Assembly: GCA_963796055.1 (NCBI GenBank)
Contig: CAWCKH010000004.1
Coordinates: forward strand, 896,001 to 960,000
Source of the DNA: an uncultured delta proteobacterium
GTDB taxonomy: Bacteria > Myxococcota > Myxococcia > Myxococcales > Myxococcaceae
Length of the DNA stretch: 64,000 nucleotides
Direction of reading: 5' to 3'
A model generated the notes under the pieces. It ran no database searches and was not told the origin of the DNA. It worked only from the letters and a program-made list of their open reading frames with translations. The position numbers and the translations under genes were made by a program. Position 1 is the first letter of the stretch. Each line of letters begins with the position of its first letter. Positions 40,639 through 53,557 of the stretch are shown in pieces.

Positions 40639-41902
40639 GCTCGCGCATCCGTGCTGGGTCGAAGATGTTGCGCCCGTCGAAGACGACGGGTTGCTGCATC
40701 AGCTTCTTCATCCGGTCGAAGTCAGGTCGGCGGAACTCGTTCCACTCGGTGAGGACGAACAGGCCGTCCGCCTTCTCCAGCGCCTCGTAGGGGGTCTCGG
40801 TGTAGCGGACGCGGTCCCCGAAGTGCCTCTTCGCGACCTGGGTGGCGACGGGGTCGTGTGCCGACAGCGTGGCGCCCTTCCCCAGGAGCCCCTCGATCAT
40901 CACCAGCGAAGGGGCCTCGCGCATGTCGTCGGTGCGCGGCTTGAAGGCAAGGCCCCACACGGCGAAGTGCTTGCCCGCGAGGTCGCCGTAGTGCCGCGTG
41001 GCCTTCTGGAGCATGAGGCGTTTCTGGGCTTCGTTGGTGCGCTCGACGGCGCGGAGCAGGTCGAACTCGATGCCGAAGTCGCGTGCGGTGGCGACCAGCG
41101 CCTTGACGTCCTTGGGGAAGCAGCTGCCGCCGTAGCCCACGCCGGGGAACAGGAACGGGTAGCCGATCCGCTTGTCGGCGCCCATGCCCTTTCGCACGGC
41201 GTCCACGTCGGCGCCCACGCGCTCGCAGAGCGCCGCCATGTCGTTCATGAACGAGATGCGGGTCGCGAGCATCGCGTTGGCGGCGTACTTGGTGAGCTCC
41301 GCGCTCCGCGGGTCCATGTAGAGGATGGGGTTCTCGGTGCGGACGAACGGCCCGTAGAGCTCGCCCATGATCCTCCGGGCGTGCTCCGAGTTGGTGCCAA
41401 TGACCACGCGATCCGGCTTGAGGAAGTCGTCGATCGCGGCGCCTTCCTTCAGGAACTCGGGGTTCGACACCACGTCGAAGGGCTGGTCGGTGACCTTGGA
41501 GATGGTCTCGCGAACGCGGTCCGCGGTGCCGACCGGCACGGTGCTCTTGTCGACGATGATCGTGTACCGCTTGAGCGCCTTGCCGATCTGCTCGGCAGCG
41601 GAGAGGACGTGCTGGAGGTCGGCGTCGCCGTTCTCGCCCTCGGGGGTGCCCACGGCGATGAAGACGACCTCGGACTGACCGACGGCGCCGGTCAGGTCGG
41701 TGGAGAACGAGAGCCGCTTCTCCCGGACGTTCTTGTGAACCAGCTCCTCGAGGCCAGGCTCGTAGATGGGGAGCTTCCCGGCGTTGAGCGCCTTGATCTT
41801 GGTCGCGTCGACGTCCACGCAGATGACGTCGTTCCCGGAGTCGGCGAAGCAGGTGCCGGCCACGAGGCCCACGTAGCCCGAGCCGACGATCGTCAATTTC
41901 AT
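40604..41902 (-). CDS. ugd: UDP-glucose 6-dehydrogenase
   Basis: GSGYVG, KSTVPVGT, SNPEFLKEG, GYGGSCFPKD, GLAFKP. Confidence 0.96.
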   Translation of the reverse strand: MKLTIVGSGYVGLVAGTCFADSGNDVICVDVDATKIKALNAGKLPIYEPGLEELVHKNVREKRLSFSTDLTGAVGQSEVVFIAVGTPEGENGDADLQHVLSAAEQIGKALKRYTIIVDKSTVPVGTADRVRETISKVTDQPFDVVSNPEFLKEGAAIDDFLKPDRVVIGTNSEHARRIMGELYGPFVRTENPILYMDPRSAELTKYAANAMLATRISFMNDMAALCERVGADVDAVRKGMGADKRIGYPFLFPGVGYGGSCFPKDVKALVATARDFGIEFDLLRAVERTNEAQKRLMLQKATRHYGDLAGKHFAVWGLAFKPRTDDMREAPSLVMIEGLLGKGATLSAHDPVATQVAKRHFGDRVRYTETPYEALEKADGLFVLTEWNEFRRPDFDRMKKLMQQPVVFDGRNIFDPARMRERGFVYFGIGRP

Positions 41903-41915
41903 CGCTGTTGGTTCC

Positions 41916-42897
41916 TCACTGGGAGCCCGGAGGACGTCCACCGGTCAGAAGACGCCGGAGACGCTCCGCTCCACGAGTTTCACGCATTCTGCCCAGCTGG
42001 GCCAGTGGCGAGACGACCAGCCCATCGAGAAGTGCACGGCTCGCCGGGCGCAGGTCTTGCGCGAGCGAGCTGACGGCCGAGGCGGTCTCGGGGAAGAGCG
42101 CGGCCACGATGCGGGTCGACGCGTACAGGGCACGCTCGGATCCGCCAGCGCTCGGCCCGCGCGCGGACTTGAGCCAGATCGAGAGGGTGCGAGTAGGCGC
42201 CCTGCATCGAGGGAGCGCCGAGGAGCAGCTCGCGGAGGTCGACGAAGGTGATCGTCGGGACGGAGTACCCCGCGTGGGCCTGCTCGAGGATGGAGGCCAG
42301 CAGTGCGTCTTCGGCAGCCAGGCGGAAGAAGGACGGACCGAATGCGCGGACCGGAAGGGCGCGGTCGAGGAGCGCCCGGTCCTCGTCCTCGAATCCGGGG
42401 CCGAGCAGTCCCCCGTGAAGGGTGATCTGCGTCCGGCCATCCGAGAGCACCCGCACGCGTGGATGCGAGGCGACGGGCTTGAACTCGGACTGACCCAGGA
42501 ACCCGGCGAGGCCGTCCAGGTCCGCGGCGGGAAGGAGCAGGTCCAGGTCGAGCACCGGCCTGAACGCGACGTGCGGATACAGCGACTCGGCGTAGCTGGC
42601 AGCACCGAGCAGGACGATGCGGCGACCCTCGAGCTCGTCGACGGCGCGCTTGAAGTTCACCAGCTTCATCACGTTGTCGTTGAGCGAGCCCTGGTAGACG
42701 GAGAGGAGCCGGTCCCGGGCCCACTCGGGCGCCCCGCCGCCCCCGAGCCGGTACTCGAGGTTGTACGCGGCGAGCGGCGCGAGCCCCTGGGCGATGGCCC
42801 AGTCGACGTAGTCCTCCCAGGGCGCACCGCGGAGAGAGGTGCGCGGCGGCGAGAAGGACGCGAGGACCCGGAAGGTGTCGAGGAGGGACGGCGCCAT
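41916..42897 (-). CDS. Uncharacterised nucleotidyltransferase-family protein, frameshift near 42140
   Basis: LLGAASYAESLYPHVAFRPVLDLDLL matches the hG...Y...R..DhD pol-beta-type NTase pattern. Confidence 0.75.
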
Positions 42898-42909
42898 GCC
42901 CGGCCGCCC

Positions 42910-44419
42910 TTACCAGTTGCGCTACTTGCGAAGGGAACGACCTTCGCGCCCTCGACCACGGGCGGGATGCTGATCCGGACGATGGTCGCGGTGACCGCCT
43001 GGGCGACCTGCTCGAGGGCGAGCTCGTCGTCTCGATCGACCTCGAGGCGCCCGTCGCGCCAGGTGGCATGGAGGATCCCGAGGGACTCTCCGTCCACGCG
43101 GCCCAGCTCGACGGAGAGGTCCACGGGAGGAGCGCTCCCTTCGACCCTCTCGAGCTCGTAGTGAAGCCCCTCGCGCTCGCCGTGGTCGTCCTCTTGGGCA
43201 CGTGGAACCGGAACTCCAGCCGGGCGGCGTTCAGCTCCGCGGCGAGTGGCCGGAGCGCATTCCAGACCTCGGTGAGGCTCGTGGAAGCCTCGACGGCGTC
43301 CACCGTCTTTCGCACGACCTGCCGGAGCTGGAGGTTTCGCCGGCGGGTGGCGTTCGCGGCCTGGGCGCTCTTGGGATCGAAGTACCCGAGCCTCCGGACG
43401 AGCACGACGACGACGATGCTGATGGCCGCCAGCAGGAGCGCGCTCTGGACGCTGTTCGCGGAGGCGCAGCCCGAGCGCGGTCGCGCCGAAGAGGATGCTC
43501 AGCCCGTACAGGGCCAGCACCGCGTCCCGTTGGCTCAGGTTCAACCGGGACATCATCCGGTGGTGGATGTGGTCCCGATCGGCGTCGAACATGCGGCGGC
43601 CGAGGAACGCGCGCCGGAACATCGCCAGGAGCGTGTCCGTGATCGGCAGACCGAGCGCGATCACCGGAACGACCATCGCCACCGCCGTCCCCGACTTCGT
43701 CGACGTCTTGATGCTGACGATGGCGAGGACGAACCCGAGGAACATGCTCCCCGTGTCGCCCATGAAGATGGTCGCGGGGTTGAAGTTGAAGACGAGGAAG
43801 CCGAGCACGGCGCCGGCCAGCGCCGCCATGCACAGCGCCATCAGCACGTCGCCGCGCGCCAGCGCGAGGACCAGGTTCGTGCCTGCGGCGAAGAAGGCGA
43901 CTCCGCCAGCGAGGCCGTCGAGCCCGTCGATGAGGTTGACCGCGTTCACCACGCCGACGATCCACAGGAGCGTGAACGGCAGCGACAGCATCCCGAGTGG
44001 GATCGGCGGGCCGAAGGGCCAGGTGATGCTCTCGATCCGCAGGCCCACGCCCCACATGGCCAGCGCCACGGCGAACTGGACCGTGAACTTCAGCCGCGCG
44101 CCGCACCCACGGAAGTCGTCGTAGATTCCGAGCAGCGCGATCGCGCTCCCGCCCAGGAAGAGGGAGAGAACGAGGTCGCGGCTGGCGAGGAACTGACGGC
44201 CAACGCCCGAGTCGACGACCAGCAACGCCGTCAAGGGCGTGAAGAACGCAACGACGATCGCGATCCCGCCGAGGCGCGGAACCGGTCGGACGTGGACCTT
44301 GCGCGTCGACCTCGCCTGGTCGAACCAGCCGAGCTGCGACGGCCTGGTTCCGTCACCAGCGGCGTGAGCACGGCACCGACCATCAACGCAACGAGAAAGG
44401 CGACGGCGTACGTGACCAT
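42910..44419 (-). CDS. WecA/MraY-family polyprenyl-phosphate HexNAc-1-P transferase with C-terminal extension, several frameshifts, end approximate
   Basis: PRLGGIA, GIYDD, NAVNLIDGLDGLAG, FNFNPATIFMGDTGS, DRDHIHH; frame switches near 44345, 43465, 43185. Confidence 0.88.
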
Positions 44420-44506
44420 GCAGCGGGCGCGGAGTCTGGCATGATGCGTCGTACGACCGGAAGCCGGGCTGATCGAACGATCCGAGTCGAAAATTCCGGA
44501 CGCTCG

Positions 44507-45614
44507 TGACGGGCACCCCCCAGTGGCACTTCCTCACTCCCGAGTACCCACCGGATCCGGGTGGTGTCGCGGACTACACCCGCCTTCTGGCCAATGCGCT
44601 CGCGTCCGGGGGAGGCGTGCACGTGTGGGCACCGTCCACGCGAGCGGGACGACCTCGAAGGACCAGGCGTCACGGTTCATCGGATTCCAGGGCTTGGGCA
44701 GCGGGTCTGGGGCAGCTGGACGAAGGGCTGCGGCGCTGCCCGGGCCGCGTCGGCTGTTCGTCCAGTACGTCCCGACCGCTTTTGGCTTCCGGGGGATGAA
44801 CGTCCCGCTGGTCCGCTGGCTTGTGCGCGCGTCCCGAGGAGGTCTGGGTTCAGTTCCACGAGGTGGCACTCGGGTGGCAGCTCTGGCGAAAGCCGCACCA
44901 TCACCTGATCCACGCGGTGCAGCTCTGGATGGCCTCGGCGCTGGCGCGGAGGGCGGACCGGCTCTTCGTCTCGATCGAGGGATGGCTCCCCGGCTGGGTC
45001 GGGAGGCCAGGCGGGCGGTCTGGCTTCCCATCCCGAGCAACATCCCGGTCGTCGGTCGGAGCCGTCGGAGCTGGAGGCCCGCGCGCCGTAGCTCGGACCG
45101 GGACCCTGGGTCGCGCACTTCGGCACGTACGGCCCCGGCGATCACGCGGGATCTCGTGCCGGCGCTCGAGTGATTGCCCGGCACGGCTCCGACGGCTCGG
45201 TTCCTTCTACTCGGCCGCGGAGCGAGAACGGTCGCGCCGCGGTTGCCCAGGGATCGGGTCCTCGCGCCTGGTGAGCTGTCCGGCGGATGCGGTCGCCGCC
45301 CGGCTCGAGCGTCGCCGACGCTGGCGCTCCAGCCCTTCCCGGACGGGATCAGCGCGCGCCGGACCAGCGCGATGGCTGCCCTGGCCCTCGGGGTCCCCGT
45401 CGTCACCACCCGGGCATCTGACCGATTCGGTCTGGCGACGAGGCGCGTCGCGCTCGCTCCTGCGGCGATCCCGAGGAGCTCGCGCGGCGTCTGCCTGGAG
45501 CTTCTGGCGGACCCGCAGCGGCGCGAGGCGCTCGGGAAGCGCGGTGGCCGCGCTCTACGCCGGGCTTCTCGCTCGAACGGACACTGGAGACCTTGCTCGC
45601 GGCGCGGGTGCTAG
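44507..45614 (+). CDS. Glycosyltransferase (GT4-like), heavily frameshifted
   Basis: [56 protein letters not shown] spread over several frames. Confidence 0.7.
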
Positions 45615-45631
45615 AGCTCGCTCGGACTCTC

Positions 45632-46603
<972 letters not shown>

Positions 46604-46607
<4 letters not shown>

Positions 46608-47502
46608 AGGTCCTGGTGACCGGCGCCGACGGCTTCGTCGGCACGCACCTGGTCCGGGCGCTGCGGGCGCGGGGGGACGAGGTCGAGGCCTGCGGCGGAC
46701 CGGGGGGCCGGGCGGGCTGGAGATCACCGATGCGCCGGCCGTGGCCCACCGGATCGAGCGGTTCGGCCCGGAGGGAGTCATCCACCTCGCGGGGATCAGC
46801 TCGGTCGCACGGAGCCACTCCGAACCAGCGGAGACGGCGGCAGTGAACGTCGCGGGAGCGGCAAACCTGCTCCAGGCAGTCCGCGACCACGCGCCGCGGG
46901 CGCGAGTCCTGCTGGTCGGTTCCGGCGAGGAGTATGGACGGCTCGAGCCCGATCGGCCCGCGGACGAGCGGAGTCCACTTGCTCCGGTGAGCCCCTATGC
47001 AGCGAGCAAGGTCGCGGCAGAGATCCTCGGCCGCCAGGCATTCGCTTCTTACGGAACCGCGGTGGTGCTCCTCCGCCCCTTCAACCACCTCGGAGCGGGA
47101 CAGGCGCCGGGGTTCGTCGTTCCCTCGTTCGCCGCGCAGCTGGTGAAGATCTCCCGGGGCCAGGCGTCGGCAACCATCGAGGTCGGTGACCTTTCCCCGG
47201 TCCGCGACTTCACCCACGTGCTCGACGTGGTCGACGCGTATCTCCTGTTGCTGGCGCACGGGGAGCCGGGCGAGGCCTATAACATCTGCTCGGGGGAGGG
47301 CTGGAGCATTCGCCAGGTGCTCGACGCGCTCCAGGCGCTGGCCAATACCCAGGCCGAGATCCGGGTGGACCCTGCCCGGCTTCGGCCGGCGGAGATCCCG
47401 TGGCTCGTCGGAAATCCCGCTCGGATCGAGCAGCTCGGGTGGAAGCGCCGGCGTTCGGTGGACCAGGCACTCGGGGAGGTGCTGGCAGAGGCTCGGGCGT
47501 GA
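46604..47502 (+). CDS. rmd: GDP-4-keto-6-deoxy-D-mannose reductase-like SDR, frameshift near 46710
   Basis: [41 protein letters not shown]-coupled to gmd. Confidence 0.78.
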
Positions 47503-48620
47503 AGCGCCGGCTGCGGCTGGCGGTCATCTGCGACGCGGTCGAAGAGGGCTGGCGCAGCATGGACTACGTCGCCGAGATGCTGGTGAAGCACCTCCAGGAG
47601 GAGCACGCCGAGACATTCGAGACGGTGGCGATCACCCCTCGGTTCTTTCGGGGGTTCGAGCGACTCGGGCCGGGGAAGCGTGCCTACAATGCCGACCGCG
47701 CGGTGACCCGGTTCCTCAGTTACCCGGTCGCTCTCCTCCCCCGGCGGTGCGATTTCGATCTCTTTCACATCGCTGATCACTCATACGCCCACCTGGCTCG
47801 CGTCCTCCCGCGGGGGGGTACGGGCGTTTTCTGCCACGACCTCGACGCTTTCGAGCCTGCGCTTCCTCCCGACGGCGCCTCGACGCCGAGCTGGCGGCGG
47901 GCGCTGGCACGCTTCCAGCTCGGGGGACTGCAGCGCGCGGCGGTGGTGTTCCACAGCACCCAGGGTGTCCGGGACAGGATTCTCGACCACGGCCTGATCG
48001 ACGGCAGCCGCCTCGTGGAAGCACCGTATGGCGTTGCCGAAGAGTTCTGGAATCCAGCGGCGCTCCCATTGCCCTTGGGCGTGACGCCTCCCTTCCTCCT
48101 GCAGGTCGGGGCAAACTTCCCGAGAAAGAGGCTCGACGTCCTCTTTCGGGTCTTCGCCGAGGTGCAGCAGACGCTGCCCAACCTTCAGCTGGTACAGCAG
48201 GGGGCAAGCCTGGACGCAGTGCAACAGGACCTGGTTAAAAGCCTGGGGATCGGCAGGTCCCTCGTGCAGCCTGCGCCGCTCTCACGAGCGGACCTCGCCA
48301 CCTTGTACGCGCGCGCCGAGCTGGTTCTCGTCCCCAGCGACAGTGAAGGGTTCGGACTTCCGGTGCTCGAGGCGCTGGCAGCCGGGGCGTCGGTTGTTGC
48401 GAGTGACATCCCCCCGCTCCGGGAGGTCGGCGGCAGCGCCGTAACCTTCTGTCCTGTCGCCAACGTCGAGGACTGGGTCGGTACGGTGTCGCGCCTGTTG
48501 CACAGGCCAGAGACCAACCCACCCCTGGAAGCACGACGTGAGCAGGCGCGCCGCTTCACTTGGCGCGCCCATGCGGAGACTATCGCGGGCAGCTATCGGC
48601 GTCTGGCCGTGGCCGCGTGA
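47499..48620 (+). CDS. GT4 glycosyltransferase
   Basis: PSDSEGFGLPVLEALAAG, SDIPPLREVGG. Confidence 0.9.
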   Translation: MKRRLRLAVICDAVEEGWRSMDYVAEMLVKHLQEEHAETFETVAITPRFFRGFERLGPGKRAYNADRAVTRFLSYPVALLPRRCDFDLFHIADHSYAHLARVLPRGGTGVFCHDLDAFEPALPPDGASTPSWRRALARFQLGGLQRAAVVFHSTQGVRDRILDHGLIDGSRLVEAPYGVAEEFWNPAALPLPLGVTPPFLLQVGANFPRKRLDVLFRVFAEVQQTLPNLQLVQQGASLDAVQQDLVKSLGIGRSLVQPAPLSRADLATLYARAELVLVPSDSEGFGLPVLEALAAGASVVASDIPPLREVGGSAVTFCPVANVEDWVGTVSRLLHRPETNPPLEARREQARRFTWRAHAETIAGSYRRLAVAA

Positions 48621-49800
48621 AAGTCCTATTCGTCAATCCAATTGGCGAGCTTGGAGGGGCAGAACGCGCCCTGCTCGACCTTCTCGCGTCCCTGAACGAC
48701 TCGGTCCCGGACGTGCGGGCATCCGTGCTCACCTTCGAACCCGGCCCGTTGCTGGACGAAGCTACCGCGCTTGGAGCCACAGCATCGGTGCTCTCACTTC
48801 CGCCCTCAATCGGCAGGCTGGGCGATAGCGGCGGCGTCGACCTGCTCCGCTTCCTGCCGGCCGTCGGCAGAGGAATGGCGTGGCTACCGACACTTCGTCA
48901 ACGGCTGGCGGCCGAACAGGCGGATGTCATTCACACCAACGGTTTCAAGGCGCATGTCCTGGTGGCGATGGCCCGTCCGCTCCGGACCCCGTGGTCTGGC
49001 ACCTGCACGACTTTGTCTCCTCGCGGCCGTTGATGCGCCGGCTGTTACCCGTGCTACGCAATCGGGCCGCTGTCGCAATTAGTGTATCCGACGCCGTGGG
49101 CAGCGACGCCAGGGCTATTCTTCAACCGTTGCCGGTGGTGACAGTGCTCAATGGAGTTCGGACCACTGCCTTCAGTAGGCCCCACCGGGCCGCAGACCTT
49201 GATGCTCTCGCTCAGCTCCAGCCCGCTCCACCGGGCACGGTGCGAGTCGGCCTTATCGCAACGCTCGCCACCTGGAAAGGTCATACGCTCTTCCTCGAAG
49301 CAGCGCGTCGCCTTAGAGACCATCCCGCCCGATTCTATATTGTGGGTGGAGGGTTGTATTTGACAGCAAAGAGTCAGCGAACGGCACAGGATCTCCAACG
49401 ACTGATTGAACGGCTCGGCCTCAGCGATCGAGCAGGACTTGTGCGGTTTCAGAGAGATATCGCTCCGATAGTTGGGGCACTGGATATCGTTGTCCATGCA
49501 AGCACGAGCCCTGAGCCTTTTGGGCGGGTCGTAGCGGAGGGGATGAGCGCCGGGCGCGCTGTGGTCGCTGCGGCTTCGGGCGGCATTCTCGAACAGATCG
49601 AAGACAGCAAGACGGGGCTCCTCTTCCCGATGGGGGATGTGTCTGCGATGACCGCGCAGATCACCCGTCTTCTCCAGTCCGCGGACCTGCGAGCTCGCCT
49701 TGGCCGGGCTGCCGCGAGCTACGCGAGCGTTCGTCTCGACTCGCGTCGACTCGGCCCAGAAACGTATCGGATCTACAAGAGTGTTTGCGCCACTCCTTAA
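48617..49800 (+). CDS. GT4 glycosyltransferase, frameshift near 48990
   Basis: GGAERAL, WHLHD, WKGH, PEPFGRVVAEGMSAG. Confidence 0.88.
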
Positions 49801-49867
49801 GTAGCGGCCCGGCTCTCACCGACCGATCACTGACGCGCGGGCGCGCCTCTCTCGCGGACCTCCGACT

Positions 49868-50581
49868 CTAGCCGCGAGGTTTGATCGCAACGACCAGAGA
49901 ATGCACCGCCGTCCATTTTGTAAGCCATCTGGCGCGATCGAGAACATCAATTCGACGAGGTGGTCTGCGCGGGATATAGGCATAGTGCCCAACTCCATCG
50001 ATCTCAGACACCTTGAGACCGGCCGCCGCGATCAACCAAGTCGTTAGCGGCGTCCACATCCATTGATTGATCGACTGGTTCTCTTCGGAATACGAACGCC
50101 CGGTCAGCGTCACATACATCCGATAGACACCCAGGGCTCCCAGGTAGTTGGGCGTTGTCACAAACAAGGTTCCACCTGGGGCCAGGACACGCGCGAGCTC
50201 CTGAATAGCGCGACGTGGCCGCGGAACGTGTTCGATCGTCTCGCAGGAGATGACCACGTCAAAACTAGAGTCTGGAAAATCAATTTTCTGAATGTCGTGC
50301 TGTTCCCATCGAATCGAGCCAATTCCTAGCTCGGCCGCGCGCCGACTTCCCATTGCCAGCGCCACAATCGAGAAATCGGCGGCAACTTGTAACGCCGGTC
50401 GTTTTGAAGCCAGGTGGATTGAAAACCCGCCTCGCCCGCATCCAATCTCTAGTACTCGAACTCCCGAGACTGGAGTTCCCTTGCCCTCGAGGCGAGCCAA
50501 CACCATACGGTGCCAAGGCGCGTCAATCCCGGAGTCGATTGAGCGGGCGCTGTGCCAAAGGTCGTAGTCAGAGGCCGTCAC
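49868..50581 (-). CDS. Class I SAM-dependent methyltransferase
   Basis: [28 protein letters not shown]. Confidence 0.9.
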   Translation of the reverse strand: MTASDYDLWHSARSIDSGIDAPWHRMVLARLEGKGTPVSGVRVLEIGCGRGGFSIHLASKRPALQVAADFSIVALAMGSRRAAELGIGSIRWEQHDIQKIDFPDSSFDVVISCETIEHVPRPRRAIQELARVLAPGGTLFVTTPNYLGALGVYRMYVTLTGRSYSEENQSINQWMWTPLTTWLIAAAGLKVSEIDGVGHYAYIPRRPPRRIDVLDRARWLTKWTAVHSLVVAIKPRG

Positions 50582-51695
50582 GCAACTCCACCCGCCCTTG
50601 CGAGCGCGGACTCTAGCCCGCTTGCCGCGCCCTCCCAAGTCAAAGAGCGCGCTCTCGCCCGACCCGCTTCGCCAAGACGGGCCGCGCGCTCCGGTGATCG
50701 CATGAGATCGATGAGCGCTCGACCGCCTTCGAATGGAGTCGAGGGATCAAAGAGAATACCATCCACGCCATCCGTCACGATGTCGACAATTCCACCCACG
50801 CGCGAAGCGACAACAGGAATGCCGGCCGACATGGCCTCAAGGAGCGCCAGTGGCGAGCCCTCGCTCAAAGATGGCATCAGAAACACCCCGTGCTCGGAAA
50901 AGAGCCTTGTCATCTCCATTGGTTGGTCAACGATCGGGATCACCTTGACAGCAGAGGCCGAGCTTTGCCGAACTGCTTCATGATCTCCGCTTCTGTCTTT
51001 CCGGTCCCCGCGAGCGTAAAGCGCACAGCAGGCATTGACTCCAGCACTTGGCGTACGAGATCAGGAAGCAGCCGACGACCTTTCACATCGAGCCACCCAC
51101 CGACGAAGAGCACCTTGAGCGGGTCACCCCGCAACTCGACCTTCACACTCTCGGCTCCATTGATGAGCCTGAAGACGTGATCGGTCTGAACACCGAGTCT
51201 GGTGACGACGTAGCGCAAATCAACAGTCGAGAGCACGACCACTGCGTCAGCGAGCCGGATAGCTCCATCAGACTGCCATCGACGAAGGAGGCCTCCCTTC
51301 AGCCAGGAGGCGAATCCTACCTCCGCCTGGCCGCGGCGAGCGGCGGCTCTCATATCCCGAAATGTTCGGCTCTCCACGTTGTGACACATGCACACAACGG
51401 CTGGAAACATGCGAGGGAGAACGCGCCGAAGGAGGGCGCACCAGAATCCAATAGGCTCATGCACGACGACGGCGTCGTAAGTCTGGGCGGTGCCCATCAA
51501 CTTGAAGGCTAGCGCTAGCGGGACAAGGAGTACCGATGCCCGCGGTCCTGAAACACCTGCGAGAGGAAAGCGGTCATTGAACCAGAGCTCAACCTGATGT
51601 CCGCGCGCTTCGAGGGCTGAACCCATTTCGTGAGTCCATCTCCCCATCCCTGTCGATGTTCGATTTTCTATGAATGAGATCAACGCGATGCGCAT
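50578..51695 (-). CDS. GT4 glycosyltransferase, frameshift near 50945
   Basis: MRIALISF start; [18 protein letters not shown] in the downstream frame. Confidence 0.85.
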
Positions 51696-51696
51696 A

Positions 51697-52860
51697 CTAA
51701 CGACCCGCTTGTGTACTCGGTCCAGCAGCTGCACTTCTGAGTAGCTCCAGGAGGCTCTCGACGTGCCGCTCAACCTCGAACCTGGCAGATACCTCGCGCG
51801 CGCGCAGTCGCAATCCTGGATCAATTCGAAGGAGCGTGAGAGCGCGCATGATCCCGGCGGCAAATGCCTCCGCGGTCAGGCTCTTGGCGCTAACAACAAC
51901 TCCATTGACACCGTCCATCAACCACTCCGGGATCCCTCCGACGGCGAATGCCACGGACGGAACACCGAACCGCCCGGCCTCCAAGCCCACGAGCCCGAAT
52001 GGCTCGGGCCAAATGCTCGGAAGGAGAAGTAGCCGCGCGGATCGGAGCACGTTGTCGCGCTCGGCTGCCGTGACCCAGCCGCGGAGGGAATTGTCTTCTC
52101 CCAGCGTTGCCAGAGTGCGGTCCACCTGCAATCTCAGGCTTCCATCTCCGAGAAGGACCAAGGGGAGCGCCTGTCTGAGCTGCTGCCGCACGATCCGGAC
52201 CGACTCGAGCATCAGCTCGACACCTTTGGTCGCGGCAAGGCGACCGATGAAAAGCAACGGCCCTTCCACTCCGTCCGTGAGGGGCTCCGAGATAGGAGGA
52301 GCAACGAACAGCGGAAGGTGCTTCACGTTCCTAAGACCGTGACGCTCGAACTCGGCCCGCATGTGCTCTGAAGCTACGACGATCGCGCGATACCTACATA
52401 GAAGCGCCGCACGTCTGCGCTGCAGAGCGTAGGACCGGGCGAACTCCGCAGGACGCAGTGGACCGCATCCGCGGGACCAGTACAGCGGGACACACGGCCA
52501 CCCAAATATCCTTGAGCAGGTCGTGGCCGTCGGGAATCGGTGTCGCTTTTCGCCGCTAATGCAGGTGCCATAGTAGTTGTGAGCGAAAAGCATGCTTGCG
52601 AAGTTCGAAAGGAGCCACTCCTCAAGATCCGGACTCCGGAGTCCATTGACGAGCACTGCATCCGGAGCCCAGTCTTGCAGCTTCGACTCGTAGGCCGAAC
52701 CAGTCACGGTCCAGTTCTTGACCCCCTCCAGAGACGTCCCATCCTCTGCGAGAACTCTGATATCGTGCCCATGGGATTTTAGGGCTGGGACGAGTTCAGC
52801 CAGATATTGCTCCGCCCCTCCTTGAAGCAAGGCGCTATGAGTTGCGAGCAAGAGCTTCAT
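51697..52860 (-). CDS. GT4 glycosyltransferase
   Basis: GGAEQY, FIGRLAATKG, PSIWPEPFGLVGLEA. Confidence 0.92.
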   Translation of the reverse strand: MKLLLATHSALLQGGAEQYLAELVPALKSHGHDIRVLAEDGTSLEGVKNWTVTGSAYESKLQDWAPDAVLVNGLRSPDLEEWLLSNFASMLFAHNYYGTCISGEKRHRFPTATTCSRIFGWPCVPLYWSRGCGPLRPAEFARSYALQRRRAALLCRYRAIVVASEHMRAEFERHGLRNVKHLPLFVAPPISEPLTDGVEGPLLFIGRLAATKGVELMLESVRIVRQQLRQALPLVLLGDGSLRLQVDRTLATLGEDNSLRGWVTAAERDNVLRSARLLLLPSIWPEPFGLVGLEAGRFGVPSVAFAVGGIPEWLMDGVNGVVVSAKSLTAEAFAAGIMRALTLLRIDPGLRLRAREVSARFEVERHVESLLELLRSAAAGPSTQAGR

Positions 52861-52942
52861 TTCGGCAATAGATCCACTACGCCCCTGCTCAACGAACCAT
52901 GAGGAGAGGCCGTCAGCGACGGTCGATCCAGCGGGTACAACA

Positions 52943-53557
52943 TCAGGCCGGCCCGTGCTTGATGGCCTCGAGCTCGAAGTAGAGGAACCAAGCCGGAAAA
53001 GCCCAACACCAGCGATCCTCGTACTTCTCGGGCCAGCGATTCGCGAGCCGCGCGACCGCTCGGTTCAGCAGCGAAGGATGAAAAATTAGCTCCGCCCGAA
53101 TCCGACGAAACCTGGCCGAGGAGTAGTGAACGAGCGGGTGCCCCTCGACGAAGCAGTCGAGGGTGGCTTGCGCGAAACCGTGGCGATGGGTTGGATCACG
53201 CCACGTGTTCGCACATGAAAAGTGTGGAACGGTCAGCCTGACCTTGGCGCCTCGTCTGCTGATGCGATGCACCTCCTCCATGAATCCCACGACGCTCCCG
53301 ACGTGCTCCAGGACGTCGTAGCCGAGCACCTCATCGAAGGACGCGTCGGGGAACGGCCAGGGCAGTCTATCCAGGTCGTGCACGACGTCAGGCCGTGTGG
53401 CGGGACTGATGTCGAGATTGATCGCTCCCTCGACGGGTCGATGCCCACTGCCGAGGTTCACGATGCGGCGTTCCGAGAGTTCAGTCGGGCGTTGCGTCTG
53501 TCCGTCGGGCTCCGTCGAGCGACGTCCTTCGTTCTCTGAGCTCGCAACTTGCTTCAT
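52943..53557 (-). CDS. SAM-dependent methyltransferase (type 11-like)
   Basis: NLGSG, PWPFPDASFD, LEHV, DPTH motif common in glycan loci. Confidence 0.85.
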   Translation of the reverse strand: MKQVASSENEGRRSTEPDGQTQRPTELSERRIVNLGSGHRPVEGAINLDISPATRPDVVHDLDRLPWPFPDASFDEVLGYDVLEHVGSVVGFMEEVHRISRRGAKVRLTVPHFSCANTWRDPTHRHGFAQATLDCFVEGHPLVHYSSARFRRIRAELIFHPSLLNRAVARLANRWPEKYEDRWCWAFPAWFLYFELEAIKHGPA

